DNA from: Malacoraja senta
Taxonomy: Eukaryota
DNA: 64,000 nucleotides
Assembly (NCBI GenBank): GCA_038087875.1
Contig: CM075992.1
Coordinates: 6,884,001-6,948,000, forward strand
Direction: 5' to 3'
In this document: one piece after another, positions 27,226 to 40,811 of the stretch
Layout: the number at the start of each line of letters is the position of its first letter
How positions within the stretch are numbered: position 1 is the first letter of the stretch
Notes under the pieces: generated by a model
What the model was told of the DNA's origin: nothing
Databases searched by the model: none
Seen by the model: only the letters and a program-made list of their open reading frames with translations
Program-made: the position numbers and the translations under genes

Positions 27226-28565
27226 TCCTTCTCTCCAGAGATGCTGCCTGTCCCGCTGAGTTACTCCAGCATTTTGTGTCTATCAAAAGGGATAATGTGA
27301 TGGGGTAGGGAGCAAGGGTTTAGATAACATAGTGAGAGGGAACAATCAGGAACGCCCTGCTTCAATAGTAACTGTTAAAATGGAACTAATTACGTGAACA
27401 AACAATAAAAATCTGTAAGATATGGGGTAAGCAGCCACATGGGCGGAAATCGCTTTTAAAACATGGGGGGGGGGGGGCAGCCCCCCGCTCCCCCCCCCCC
27501 GGATTGCCACCAATATAATGAAGAATCATCTACACACCAGTCATTCCCTCTTCTCCCCTCTCCCATCAGGCAGCAGATACAAGAGTATGAAAGCATGCAT
27601 TTCCCACTGTTATCAGACTACTGAATGGATCCTCCCATAAATTAGGGACTAGTCTCCATCTTCCAACCAACTTCATTATGAAGCTTGCGCTTTTTCCACC
27701 TGCACTTTCACTGAAACTGTAACACTATATTCTGCAGTCTGGTATTTTTCCCTTTGTGTACTTGATTGTGCCCATGTATAGTATGATTTGATTTGACTGG
27801 ATAGTCAAATTTGACCAGATAGTCAAAGTATTCGCTCTACGTGACAAAATGTAATTGACACCAAAAACAGGAAGTTTTGGACTGATGGGATCTCTCTTTC
27901 AAAGTTGGACCACTTTTCTTTAATGGTATTCTGGTAATCAGCTGTCTTTCACATTTCACCAGTGTCTATCCACCAGACTCAGGAATAGCTTCATCCCCTC
28001 TGTTATCAGGCTTCTGAACGATCCTTCCATAAGCTAGGCTACTGTCCGATTCACCTCTACCCCGTTGTGGACATTGGACTTTGTCTCTGGAACTGATGCG
28101 CTACAATGCTGAGAACTATATTCTGCACTCTGTATCTTCCTCTTTGCTCTACCTGTTTTACGAATTTTGGTTGATTGTATGTATCTAGGGTATTATCTGA
28201 TCTGCTTGGATTTGCAAAACAAAGCAGTTCACTGTACACGTGAGAATAATAAACCTATAACTGAATACTGGAGATCTGCAGGGGATAGACACAAAATACT
28301 GGAGTAATTCAGCGGGTCAGGCAGCATCTCTGGAGAGAATGAATACATGTAAGTAGTGTTTTGGGTCGGGATCCTTCATCAAGGGTCTCGACCCGAAATG
28401 TCACCTATTCCTTTCCTCCAGAGATGCTGCCTGACCCGCTGAGTTACTCCACCATTTTGTGTCTATCTTCGATGTAAAGCAGCATCTCCTGCACAGATCT
28501 ACTGGGGAGTTGTTCTGATGCCACATCAGCAGGGGGGAGGACTGATAGACAGTGAGAAGCCATAC

Positions 28566-28653
28566 CACGTCTTTGTTCGTGAAGCCGTCTGGATCATTCA
28601 GGTGTTTCTGCAGAGTTACACATGCCGAGACCAAGCCCTCTGTCAGTTCAAAC
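28566..28653 (-). CDS. KANK2: KANK2 exon (FELTEGLVSACVTLQKHLNDPDGFTNKDV)
   Basis: Matches the KANK pre-ankyrin helix (ELS.DL.SAC..L..YL). Acceptor ttgcag and donor GTG|GTATGG; 88 nt. Confidence 0.9.
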
Positions 28654-28779
28654 CTGCAAGAGAGTGAAGAGTGAGTGAGGAGAGACCCCAGCCGTCCCTT
28701 TCCCAAACGCAGCACGCACAGCGACAGCCCGCTCATCATACAGCAACGGCTTTTATTCCCAGGCTCCCACTTTGTGCTG

Positions 28780-29316
28780 GTGTGTGTGTGTGAGAGTGAG
28801 TGTGTGTGTGAGTGTGTGAGAGTGAGTGTGTGTGAGATTGAGTGTGTGTGTGAGTGTGTGAGAATGAGTGTGTGTGTGAGTGTGTGTGTGTGTGAGAGTG
28901 AGTGTATGAGCGTGTGTGTGTGAGTGCGTGTGTGTGAGAGTATGTGTGTGAGTGAGCATGTGTGTGTGAGAGTGAGTATGTATGTGCGAGTGAGTGTGTG
29001 TGAGAGTGAGCGAGTAAGTGTGTAAGAGTGAGTGTGTGCATATGAGTGAGTGTGTGAGAATGTTTGAGAGTGAATGAGTGTGTGTGAGTGAGTGTGTGAG
29101 AGTGAGTGAGTGTGCATGTGAGTGAGTGGGTGTGCATATGAGTGAAAGTGTGTGTGTGAGTGAGTGAGTGAGAATGAGTGAGTGAGTGGGAGTGAGTGAA
29201 TGTTTGAGTGAGTGAGTGTGTGGGAGTGAGTGTGCGCATGTGTGTGAATGAGTGAGTGTGTGGGAGTGAGTGAGTGAGTGAGTGAGTGAGTGAGTGAGTG
29301 AGTGAGTGAGTGAGTG
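28780..29316. repeat. (TG)n/(TGAG)n compound repeat
   Basis: Direct reading. Confidence 0.97.
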
Positions 29317-29632
29317 CATGTACGGGGGCGGCACGGTGGTGCAGCGGTAGAGTTGCTGCATCACAGCGCCCGAGACCCGGATTCAATCCTGACTACAGGT
29401 GCTGCCTGTACAGAGTTTGTACGTTTTGCCTGTGACTACGTGGGTTTTCTCCAGGTTCTCCGGTTTCCTCCCACACTGCAAAGACGTACAGGTTCATAGG
29501 TCATAGACAGTCACAGGTAGAACGTGCAAACTCCACACACAGACACAGTAGAGGTCATGAATTGAACCCGGATCTCTGGCGCTGTGAGGCAGTGTCTCTG
29601 TCCGCTGCGCCACTGTGCCGTTTAATAAGTAA

Positions 29633-29866
29633 AGGGCCTGTCCCACTTAGCACATTTTTCGGCGACTGCCGGCATCATTGACTGACGTATCAGGTCACCG
29701 AAAAATTCGTGGCGTGATGCGGCGTGATGACGTATTGACGCACAGTGTTTTTTCAAGTGTCGCAACATTTTTTTATCGCCGCTGGATTTTGAAATGTTCA
29801 AAATCTTTTGCCGACCCTGATATGATGCCGCAGTCGCTGAAAAAATCGCCATGTGGGACAGGCCCT
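29633..29866. mobile_element. PIF/Harbinger-type MITE
   Basis: TIR AGGGCCTGTCCCAC, flanked by TAA and TTA. Confidence 0.85.
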
Positions 29867-29943
29867 TTACCATGTGTACAGAAAGTTAACAGTTTAAGAT
29901 CTGTGAAGGCGGGGCAAAAGTTAGAAAATGACAATTCACGTAC

Positions 29944-30392
29944 GTGCCGCTGTCTGTTTTCTGCTGCGGGTTCAGTATTTCAGGCTGAGCGATCGTTTCT
30001 GGCTGGCCTGGCCCCGACGTGACTCTTGCCTCTGTTTCACCTCCTGGCACCACCTCCTTCACACGTTCCTCGCCAGTGACATTCCGCACTTGCTTCTCTC
30101 CCTCAGACATGCTCCTGCTCTGCTCCGCTGATTCCCGTACGCTCTCCGTCTCCCGCGCAGGCTCCGGCGGGTTCCCCGAGCTCCCAGCTTCCCGCTGGGG
30201 CTCGGCTGGGACGGGCGGTGGGCTCTGGGTCTCCGGCGCTGAGCCTGCCCCGGGCGTCTCGCTCCCTGCTCTCTCCACCTGCTCTCCGGGCAGTCTCTCG
30301 CTGGCCTCGTGGTAATCACTCTCTGTGCTCTCCCCTCCGACTCACTCGGCCCACTCTCAGTACCGGACTCTTCCGAAGACGTCGACTCGTAC
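29944..30392 (-). CDS. KANK2: KANK2 exon (YESTSSEES...ESDYHEASE...DSGT); 1-nt frameshift at the C4 run 30332-30335
   Basis: Acceptor tgctgtag|G TAC GAG and donor AC|GTACGT. Length is 449 where the phases require 450. Confidence 0.82.
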
Positions 30393-30564
30393 CTACAGCA
30401 AAGAAAACTCACTCTCAGAGACATCTTCCAAGCAAGCCCCCCCCCCCCCCCTTCCTCCATGGCTCATGGGCTCCAGGAAAGGGCGCAGAGAAGATTTACA
30501 AGGATGTTGCCAAGACTCGGGTGCCTGGAGCTGTAGAGAAAGGTTGAGCAGGATAGGACTCTAT

Positions 30565-31081
30565 TCATAGAAACAGAAACATAGAAAATAGGTGCGGGAG
30601 GGGGGCCATTTTGCCATTCATTCTGATCATGTCTGATCATCCACAATCAGTAATCCGTGCCTGCCTTCTCCCCATCTCCCTTGATTCCGCTAGCCCCAGA
30701 GCTCTATCTAACTCTTTTAAATTCATCCAGTGAATTGGCCTCCACTGCCTTCCGTGGCAGAGAATTCCACAAATTCACAACTCCCTGAGTGAAAATGTAT
30801 TTTCTCATCTCAGTTTTAAATTGCCTCCCCTTTATTCTTAGACTGTGGCCCCTGGTTCTGGACTCCCCCATCATTGGGAATTTTTTTTCCCTGCATCTAG
30901 CTTGTCCAGTCCTTTTATAATTTTACGTTTCTATAAGATTCCCCCTCATCCTTCTAAATTCCAGTGAATACAAGCCCACTCTTTCCAATCTTTCCTCATA
31001 TGACAGTCCCGCCATCCCGGGGATTAACCTCATGAACCTACGCTGCACTGCTTCAATAGCAAGGATGTCCTTCCTCAAATT
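30565..31081 (-). mobile_element. CR1 LINE 3' fragment
   Basis: Reverse-complement match to the 3' end of the 18875-21380 element. Confidence 0.85.
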
Positions 31082-31811
31082 ATTCCTTGGAGGGCAGGAG
31101 GATGAGGGATGATCTTACAGAGGTGTATAAAATCATAAGAGGAATACCTGGGGGGAAACGCACAGTCTTTGACCCAGAGTAGTGTCATTGAGTGGTACAG
31201 TGTGGAAACAGGCCCTTTGGCCCAACTTGCACAAACCGGCAGGGGAATCGAGAACCATAGGTCTTAAGGTGAGGGGGGGGAAAGATTTCATAGGAACCTG
31301 AGGAATAACCTGTTCACACAATGGGTGGTGGGTGTATGGAACGAGCTGCCGGAGGAGGTAGTTGAGGCAGGGATTAAGAAACAATTAGAAAGGTACATGG
31401 ATAGGACAGGTTTAGAGGGATATGGGCCAAATGCAGGCAGGTGGGACTAGTGTAGATGGGCATGTTGGTTGGCATGGGAAAGTTGGGCTGAAGGGCCTGT
31501 TTCCACGCTGTATAATTCTAAATGATGCTGCAACTCAAGAGGCACAAGGTGCTGCAATCTGGAGCTATGAAAGGATAGAGCAGGTCAGGCAGTATCTGTG
31601 GAGGGAAATAAGACACATATTGCCAAAGTACCTCAGCGGGTCAGGCAGCATCTCTGAAAAACATGGATTGGTGAAATTTTGGATCAAAGATGAAGGGTCC
31701 CAACCCGAAACATCGCCTGGTCCATATTCTCCAGAGAAGCTGTCTGATCTGTTGAGTTACCCCAGCACTTTGTGTCTTCTTTTGTAAACCAGTGCCTGCA
31801 GTTCCTTGTGA

Positions 31812-32020
31812 AACAAGGAACTGCAGATGCTGGAAAATCGAAGGTAGACAAAAGTGCTGGAGAAACTCAGCGGGTGCAGCAGCATCTATGGAGCGAAGGA
31901 AATAGGCAATGTTTTGGGCCTGAGCGTTCTGAAGAAGGGTTTCGGCCCAAAACGTTGCCTATTTCCTTCGCTCCATAGATTGCTGCTGCACCCGCTGAGT
32001 TTCTCCAGCACTTTTGTCTA
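31812..32020. repeat. Penelope-derived foldback element (second subfamily)
   Basis: Inverted arms ctggagaaactcagcgggtgcagcagc and gctgctgcacccgctgagtttctccag. Confidence 0.8.
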
Positions 32021-33108
32021 CGTCCTTGTTTCACCATCATTGCAGGGAATGGGCAGATGATGTTTCGGGTTGGGATGTTCCTTCAGATTGATGGAGAAGG
32101 GGGGAAGAAAGCTGGAGAACGAGAGGAGAGCAGATGGAGGAAGTACTGAAGTTCGAATATTGAAGGGCTTGGATAGAGTGGATGTGGAGAGGATGTTTCC
32201 ACTGGTGGGAGAGTCTAGGACTAGAGGTCACAGCCTCAGAATTAAAGGATGTTCTTTTAGGAAGGAGATGAGGAGGAATTTATTTTGTCAGAGTGTGGTG
32301 AATCTGTGGAATTCTTTGCCACAGACGGCTGTGGAGGCCAAGTCGATGGATATTTTTAAGGTGGAGATAGATAGATACTTGATAGTACGGGTGTCAGGGG
32401 TTATGGGAAGAAGGCCCGGAGAATGGGTTGAGGTGAGAGAGATAGATCAGCCATGATTGAATGCGGAGTAGACTTGATGGGCCGAATGGCCTAATTCTGC
32501 TCTTATTACTTATGACGTTACGTCAGCGGGTCAGGACGGTTGACGTTTGGGTCAGGACCTTTTCATCCAGATGACGGGTCTTGTCTGGAAATGTTGACAG
32601 TCCACTTCCCTTTACAGGTGAATGGGGTTAATAGAACATAGAACCGTACAGCACAGCACAACATACAACCCAGTGGTATGAACGCTGAATTCTCTAAAAT
32701 TATACAACACTCCCCTCTCTCTCACACTCTTGCCCTCTTTCATCCATTAAAAGACAGTGAACCCAGTTCCAACAACATATTCCTCTTGGGATCACACCAT
32801 CCCGAGACAACAATTGGCATATCAGGGAACTTCCCTACCTGAGGTCACCTGTTGCTGGCCTTGATTTGTCCTGGTCTTTTCCTGTTTCCAGTTCCCCCCC
32901 CCACACCCCTACTACAATCAGTCTGAGGACCCGAAACGTCTCCGATCAATTCTCTCCAGAAATGCTGCCTGACCCACTGAGTCGTTCCAGTACTTTTTGT
33001 CTTTCTATAATGCCGAGCCGAACTGATTTTCAGACTTTAGAGATACAGCGCAGAAACAGGGGCCTATAAACAACTGAGTCTACGCCGACCAGCCACCCCG
33101 CACACTAA

Positions 33109-33302
33109 TGGGCCTGTCCCACTTATGCGATTTTTTTGCCGGCTTTTCGGCACCCGTCATAGTCGCAGCAGGTCGCTGAAATTTTTCAACATGTTGAAAA
33201 TCCAGCGGTGACCAGAAATAGGTACGACTCTTTGGGCGACTACTCACGACCATACAGGCGTCAACTCGCCCCGCGACATGTCGCGTAAGTTGGACAGGCC
33301 CT
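33109..33302. mobile_element. PIF/Harbinger-type MITE inserted in a SINE
   Basis: Same TIR, TAA duplication; the SINE sequence resumes after it. Confidence 0.85.
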
Positions 33303-33601
33303 TAACACTATCCCACATACTAGGAACAATTTTACAATTTAAAACAAAGCCAATTAACCTACAAACCTGCTTGTCTTTGGTGTGTGGGAGGAAACTGGAA
33401 GCACTCCTGGAAAAAACCCACACGGTCTATGAACAACGAATCTCCTGATCTCATCTCAATCTGTCACACTCCAGTTTAAAGAGTTCAACTCAGTGAGGAT
33501 TTCACCGTGGGCCATTTCTACTGAAGGCAGAGGGATCCGGAGGTTTAACATTGGCCAGCGATGCGGGAGGGTATAGGCAGACAGTGGGGTCAGACACTCA
33601 C

Positions 33602-33713
33602 CCGCCATTGACCCCGATGAACTGCAGGCTCTTTTTCGTAGGAGGGCTGTCGAGAAGCGCTCCATTCTCCTTCTTTTTCATGATGGACTTCAGCTGCGCT
33701 CCATGTGGGGAGA
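33602..33713 (-). CDS. KANK2: KANK2 exon (VSPHGAQLKSIMKKKE...SLQFIGVNGG)
   Basis: Conserved KANK motifs LKSIMKK and LQFxGVNGG. Acceptor ctttttctccacag and donor GG|GTGAGT; 112 nt, phase 1 to 2. Confidence 0.9.
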
Positions 33714-33888
33714 CTGTGGAGAAAAAGGGGAAGGCTTCACCATGGAGACTATGTCCACAGTCCATCATCCTGTGGGCAACAATGCACGTGGGCGAATCTT
33801 GAATCAACCCACGTCACCTTAATCCCACCTCAGCAACACTCTTGCACGAACATGGACTAGTGCTCTAAACATATTTTTGCCTTCCACT

Positions 33889-34117
33889 GAAGATAGACAC
33901 AAAATGCTGGAGTAACTCAGCGGGACAGGTAGCATCTCTGGAGAGAAGGGATGGGTGACGTTTCAGCTCGAGACCTTTCTTCAGACTGATCCAGAAGGAG
34001 GGTCTCGACCCGAAACGTCACCCATTCCTTCTCTCCAGAGATGCTGCCTGTCCCGCTGAGTTACTCCAGCATTTTGCCTCTCTCTTCGGTTTAAACCAGC
34101 ATCTGCAGTTCCTTCCG
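33889..34117. repeat. Penelope-derived foldback element (~100-bp inverted arms)
   Basis: The arm aaaatgctggagtaactcagcggg...ttcttcagact is followed by its reverse complement. Confidence 0.85.
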
Positions 34118-34697
34118 ACACACCTTGTTTTTGCACAATCTTCTTTTCACTATCGTATGATTTATGGGATATTTTATGTTTTGTGTGTTATCTTACTGTG
34201 TGCCTGTGATACGGCTTTAGTTTGAGTATTAGAGATACAGCGTGGAAACTGGCCCTTCGGCCCACCGAGTCTGCACTGACCAACGATCCCCGCACGCCAA
34301 CACGATCCGACACACACTAGGGACAATTTACAATTTTACCAAGCCAATTAGCCCATAAACCTGTACGTCCTTGGAGTGCGGAAGGAGACCAGAGCACCCG
34401 GAGAAAACCCACGCAGGTCACAGGGGGAGCGTACAAACTCTGTAAGAGGTGGTGAATCTGTGGAATTCATTGCCACAGAAGATGGTGGAGGCCAAGTCAA
34501 TGGATATTTTTTAAGGCAGAGATTGCTATTTTTGATTAGTATGGGTGTCAGGGGTTATGGGGAGAAGGCAGGAGAATGGGGTTGAGAGGGAAAGATCGAT
34601 CAGCCATGATTGAATGGTGGAGTAGACTTGATGGGCCGAATGGCCTAATTCTTCTCCTAAAACTCATGAACATGAGCACGTCTTGATCGAGTGTTAC

Positions 34698-34910
34698 CTG
34701 GCCTTGTGGAGTCATCCGAGGATGGGTCCGGCTCCCTCAGTCTCACCAGATGCCGACTGCCCTCCTCTGGGTGTTGGTGCTGGGCCGGGCCTGGCCTTGA
34801 GGCGCCCAGTTCGTGCACCGTCTCCGCGCTGGAGGCCGAGACTGCCCGAGGCACCTCAGGGACCCGAGGGGGCTGCACCGGAGCCACAGCCTCGTCGGCC
34901 CCATGAGAAT
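34698..34910 (-). CDS. KANK2: KANK2 internal exon (DSHGADEAV...DDSTRP), low-complexity linker
   Basis: 213 nt, phase 1 to 1, open frame, GC-rich island among repeats. Acceptor tttcaag and donor G|GTAAC. Confidence 0.7.
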
Positions 34911-35216
34911 CTTGAAACAGAAACATCACAACGTGAGGAAACCCCTTCCCATTGCCTGGGGTCCACAACCTTCTGAACTGAAATGTATTCAGACTTTAGA
35001 CCTTAGAGACACAGTGCGGAAACAGGCCCTTCGGCCCATCGAGTCTGCCCCGACCGGCAATGACCCCGACCTATGAACCCGTCAGATTTTTATCTTCCCC
35101 TCCCCCTCTCCACGTAATTCCTTCCTCTGGCTTCACGATTTGTAACTCTTCAATCCTTTTGTCTCACGCCTTCTGTTTTAATTCCAGGCCTTTGTTTCAA
35201 CCATATGCCTTTCAAA

Positions 35217-35770
35217 ACCTGGAGTATTGTGTGCAGTTTTAGTCCCCTAATTTGAGGAAGGACATTCTTGCCATTGAGGGAGTGCAGCGCAGGTTTACAA
35301 GGTTAATTCCCAGGATGGCGGGACTGTCATATGCTGAGAGAATGGAGCAGCTGGGCTTGTACACTCTGGAGTTTAGAAGGATGAGAGGGGATCTCTTTGA
35401 AACATATAAGATTGTTAAGGGCTTGGACACGCTAGAGGCAGGAAACATGTTCCGATGTTGGGGGAGTCCAGATCCAGGGGCCACAGTTTAAGAATAAGGG
35501 GTAAGCCATTTAGAATGGAGACGAGGAAACACTTGTTCACCCAGAGACTTGTGAGTCTGTGGAATTCTCTGCCAGACGGCGGTGGAGGCCGGTTCTCTGG
35601 ATACTTTCAAGAGATAGCTAGATAGGGCTCTTAAAAATAGCAGAGTCAAGGGAAATGGGGAGAAGGCAGGAACGGGGTACTGATTGGGGATGATCAGCCT
35701 TGATCACAGTGAATGGCGGTGCTAGCCCGAAGGGCTGAATGGCCTACTCCTGCACCGATTGTCTATTGTC
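35217..35770 (+). mobile_element. CR1 LINE 3' fragment
   Basis: LEYCVQF..RKDILAIEGVQRRFTRLIP and a CR1 tail. Confidence 0.88.
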
Positions 35771-35860
35771 TAAAACTCTGCCATATTTAGCCGAGTTTTG
35801 CTTTTTGAGCAGTGTATTTCAGTCTGCCCATAGTCAATGAATGTGACTCTGGTTCCCCTA

Positions 35861-36086
35861 AGATAGACACAAAATGCTGGAGTAACTCAGCGGGACAGGC
35901 AGCATCTCTGGAGAGAAGGAATGGGTGACGTCTTGGGTTGAGACCCTTCTTCTGGATCAGACTGAAGAAGGGTCTTGACCCGAAACGTCACCCATTCCTT
36001 CTCTCCAGAGATGCTGCCTGTCCCGCTGAGTTACTCCAGCATTTTGTGTCTATCTTCGGTGTAAACCAGCATCTGCAGTTCCTTCC
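35861..36086. repeat. Penelope-derived foldback element
   Basis: Near-perfect inverted arms; hammerhead-like core at 35962-35989. Confidence 0.85.
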
Positions 36087-36424
36087 TATACATTGCGTCT
36101 GGTACTCCCCACTTGGTTTCTCCAGGATTTCTCAGCGGGATACAAGGAACTCTCACCCACTAGTTTGGGATGGATTTCAGTGCTATTTGGAGAAAGGGAA
36201 CTGAAAGTCTGAAGCCCTGTGGCACAGTCCCTCTCATTATCCCAGTTTAGTGGCAACGGCTGGTAATTGCCTTCAGATGCTTGCGATCCCAGTCCAAACA
36301 TGTAACTACACAAATAAAACCACTTCCTATTCCGCTTCATTCCTGTCCTGATAAACCCAGTCAGTGTACATCCCTGAGCCCATTGCAGAACCTGCCCATC
36401 CCACCTCCTCATCACAGCCACGAC

Positions 36425-37495
36425 TGTGTGTGTCTGAGTGTGAGTGTGAGTGTGTGGGAGTGTGTGTGAATGCGTGGGAGTGTGTGTGAGCATGTGTGAA
36501 TGTGTGGGAGTGTGTGTGAGCGTGTGTGAATGTGTGGGAGTGTGTGAGTGTGTGTGAGTGTGGGGGTGTGTGTGAGTGTGTGTGAGTGTGTGGGGTGTGT
36601 GGGGGGTGTGGGGGTGTGTGTGAGTGTGAGTGTGTGTGGGAGTGTGTGGGGGTGTGTGTGAGTGTGTGTGAGTGTGTGGGGGTGTGTGTGAGTGTGTGTG
36701 AGTGTGTGGGGTGTGTGGGGGTGTGTGTGAGTGTGAGTGTGTGGGGTGTGTGGGGGGTGTGGGGGTGTGTGTGAGTGTGTGAGTGTGTGTGAGTGTGTGG
36801 GGGGTGTGGGGGTGTGTGTGAGTGTGAGTGTGTGTGGGAGTGTGTGGGGGCGTGTGAGAGTGTGTGCGAGTGTGTGAGTGAGTGTGAGTGTGTGGGAGTG
36901 TGTGGGAGTGTGAGTGAGTGTGAGTGTGTGGGAGTGTGTGGGAGTGTGTGTGAGTGTGTGGGAGTGTGTGAGTGAGTGTGAGTGTGTGTGAGTGTGTGGG
37001 AGTGTGTGGGAGTGTGTGGGAGTGTGTGAGTGAGTGTGAGTGTGTGTGAGTGTGTGTGAGTGTGTGGGAGTGTGTGGGAGTGTGTGAGTGAGTGTGAGTG
37101 TGTGGGAGTGTGTGGGAGTGTGTGTGAATGTGTGGGAGTGTGTGTGAGTGTGAATGTGTGTGAGTGAGTGTGAGTGTGTGGGAGTGTGTGGGAGTGTGTG
37201 GGAGTGTGTGGGAGTGTGTGGGGGTGTGTGCGAGTGTGTGGGGGTGTGTGGGAGTGTGTGGGGGTGTGTGCGAGTGTGTGAGTGAGCGTGAGTGTGTGGG
37301 AGTGTGTGGGGGTGTGTGTGCGTGCGTGAGTGACTATTGTGCGAATGTGCGAGGGCAATATTGCTTGTGTATGCGTGAGTGAGTGTAAGTGAGTATCAGT
37401 GTGTGTGCGTGAGTGAGGGTGTGTGAGCGAGGTTGTGTGAACGAGTGTGTGCGAGCAAGTGTGAGCGTGTGTGTGTGAATGAGTGTGTGAGTGAA
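36425..37495. repeat. (TG)n/(GTGTGGGA)n compound repeat
   Basis: Direct reading. Confidence 0.97.
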
Positions 37496-37915
37496 CAAGA
37501 TGACCAGCGGGAGGAGGTTCCCCAACCAGTCCCTTGAATTTCCCCCCAACCCGCAGCGAACCCCTCAAAACCCCTCAGCCCACTCTCCCCACCACTCGCC
37601 GAGACCCCAAACTCCACCCAACCCCCCACCACCCCGCCTCCCCCACCCCCTCCTCCAACCCCCATCCCCGATGCTCCCAAACCTCACTGTCCCCTCCCAA
37701 ATCCCCACCCCAGCCCCCAGCTCACCAACCACCCCCCACCCAAACCCCCAACTCAACTCCCCCAACACCTTCCTCCCCACTGCAACCCCCCACCTCAATC
37801 CCCCGGACTCCCCCAACTTAACTCCCCCAACACCTCCCTCCCCCCCCCAACCAACCCACCAGCCATCCCCCCCTTCCCCTTCCCCCACCCACTTCACCCC
37901 TCAACCCTCCCGTAC

Positions 37916-39427
<1,512 letters not shown>

Positions 39428-39464
39428 TCACGGGTTACCATCTGCGGCAAGTCATAGAACCCAC

Positions 39465-40037
39465 CTGGGGCGGAAATCCCGGGGGGGCCAGGTGGGACAA
39501 GTCCCCCCCCTATTTTGAGAGGTGGGGGACAGTTCCCCCCCCCCCCATTTTTTGTAATCCGGATTTAAAAAACCGGTGAAATCTCCGCTTTCCGTGAGAC
39601 GGTGGGGGTGGGACTGCTGATCGAGGGCGCCGATTGGACGAGAGAGACGTTGGTCAGCAGGCAATGGGTTGGGGACATGATAATTCCGCGTGGTGATTGG
39701 AGGAGGGAGACGTGGCACAGACCTGCGCCTCATCTGCAGCCAGGATCGATCCCGGCTCTCCGGCGCTGTCCCGTCCCCACCCGAGTGTCCCCCCCCCCAC
39801 GCCCGAGCTTACAGTCAGCGAGGAGAAGCAGCGCTGGTGTCCCGTCAGTCCAGGCAGGTCTGTAGGTTAACCCGGCCAGACAGGCAGAGTTGAGCTGCAT
39901 TTAGCGCTGGATTGAGCCTCTGAAGCCTCGAGCGTGTGTGTGTGAGTGTGTGTGTGTGAGTGCGCATGCGCGCGCGGCCGCCATAAATTTGTGTCCCCCC
40001 TTTCCCCTCCATATTTTAATAGCGATATCCGTGCCTG
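39465..40037. mobile_element. Non-autonomous hAT-type element
   Basis: 8-bp duplication GAACCCAC (39457-64 and 40038-45); imperfect TIR CWGGSRCGGAWATC. Confidence 0.75.
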
Positions 40038-40553
40038 GAACCCACCACCAACCCGTTCACACCAGAAAGCATCCTCGATGCATCACAGCTTAGTTTGGGA
40101 ACAGCTCTGCCCAAGATCATAAGGAGCCGGAGATAATTGTGGACACAGCCCAGACCCTCACAAGTCCATTCCATTGACTCCATCTACACCTCACCCTGCC
40201 TCGGCTAGACCAGCAGCATAATCAAGGACCAGTCGCACCCTGGCCACTCCCTCTTCTCCCCTCTCCCATCGGGCAAAAGGTACAGAAGTGTGAAAACGCA
40301 CACCAACAGATTCAGGGACAGTTTCTTCCCAGCTGTTATCACGCAACCAAACCATCTTACCAACAGCTAGAGCGCGATCCTGAGCTACTATCTACCTCAT
40401 TGGAGACCCTTGGACTATCTTTAATTGGACAGTAAATTATAATGTCTCTGTACACTGTGGATTGCAATCTTGTATTGTCTTTCCGCTGACTCGTTAGGAA
40501 GCAACAAAAGCTTTTCAAAGTACCTTGGTACACGTGACAGTAAACTAAACTAA

Positions 40554-40811
40554 AGGGCCTGTCCCACTTGCATGCGATTGCATGCGTTTGGCGCGACCAA
40601 ACGGAAGCAGAGTTCACGCGAAGTTCGCACTAAGTACGCGCAGTATGCTGACCAATCAGCTGGGCAGGAGGCGGGCCGACTGAATTTGGGCGTCGCACGG
40701 CATCGGGCGGTGACGTCATCATGCAACGCGACGCACTAGGCATACGCCATCAAGACGCTGCGTACGACATCAAGATTTGCGAGCCAAGGTCGCGTAAGTG
40801 GGACAGGCCCT
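40554..40811. mobile_element. PIF/Harbinger-type MITE
   Basis: Same TIR and a perfect TAA duplication. Confidence 0.88.

Noticed and set aside
33714..33797. Upstream in-frame acceptor extending the LKSIMKK exon
   Set aside because: Its pyrimidine tract is poor compared with the acceptor at 33714.
28401..37568. His/Thr-rich and Cys/Val-rich ORFs
   Set aside because: These are translations of TG/TGAG repeats; only 28566-28653 within them is a real exon.
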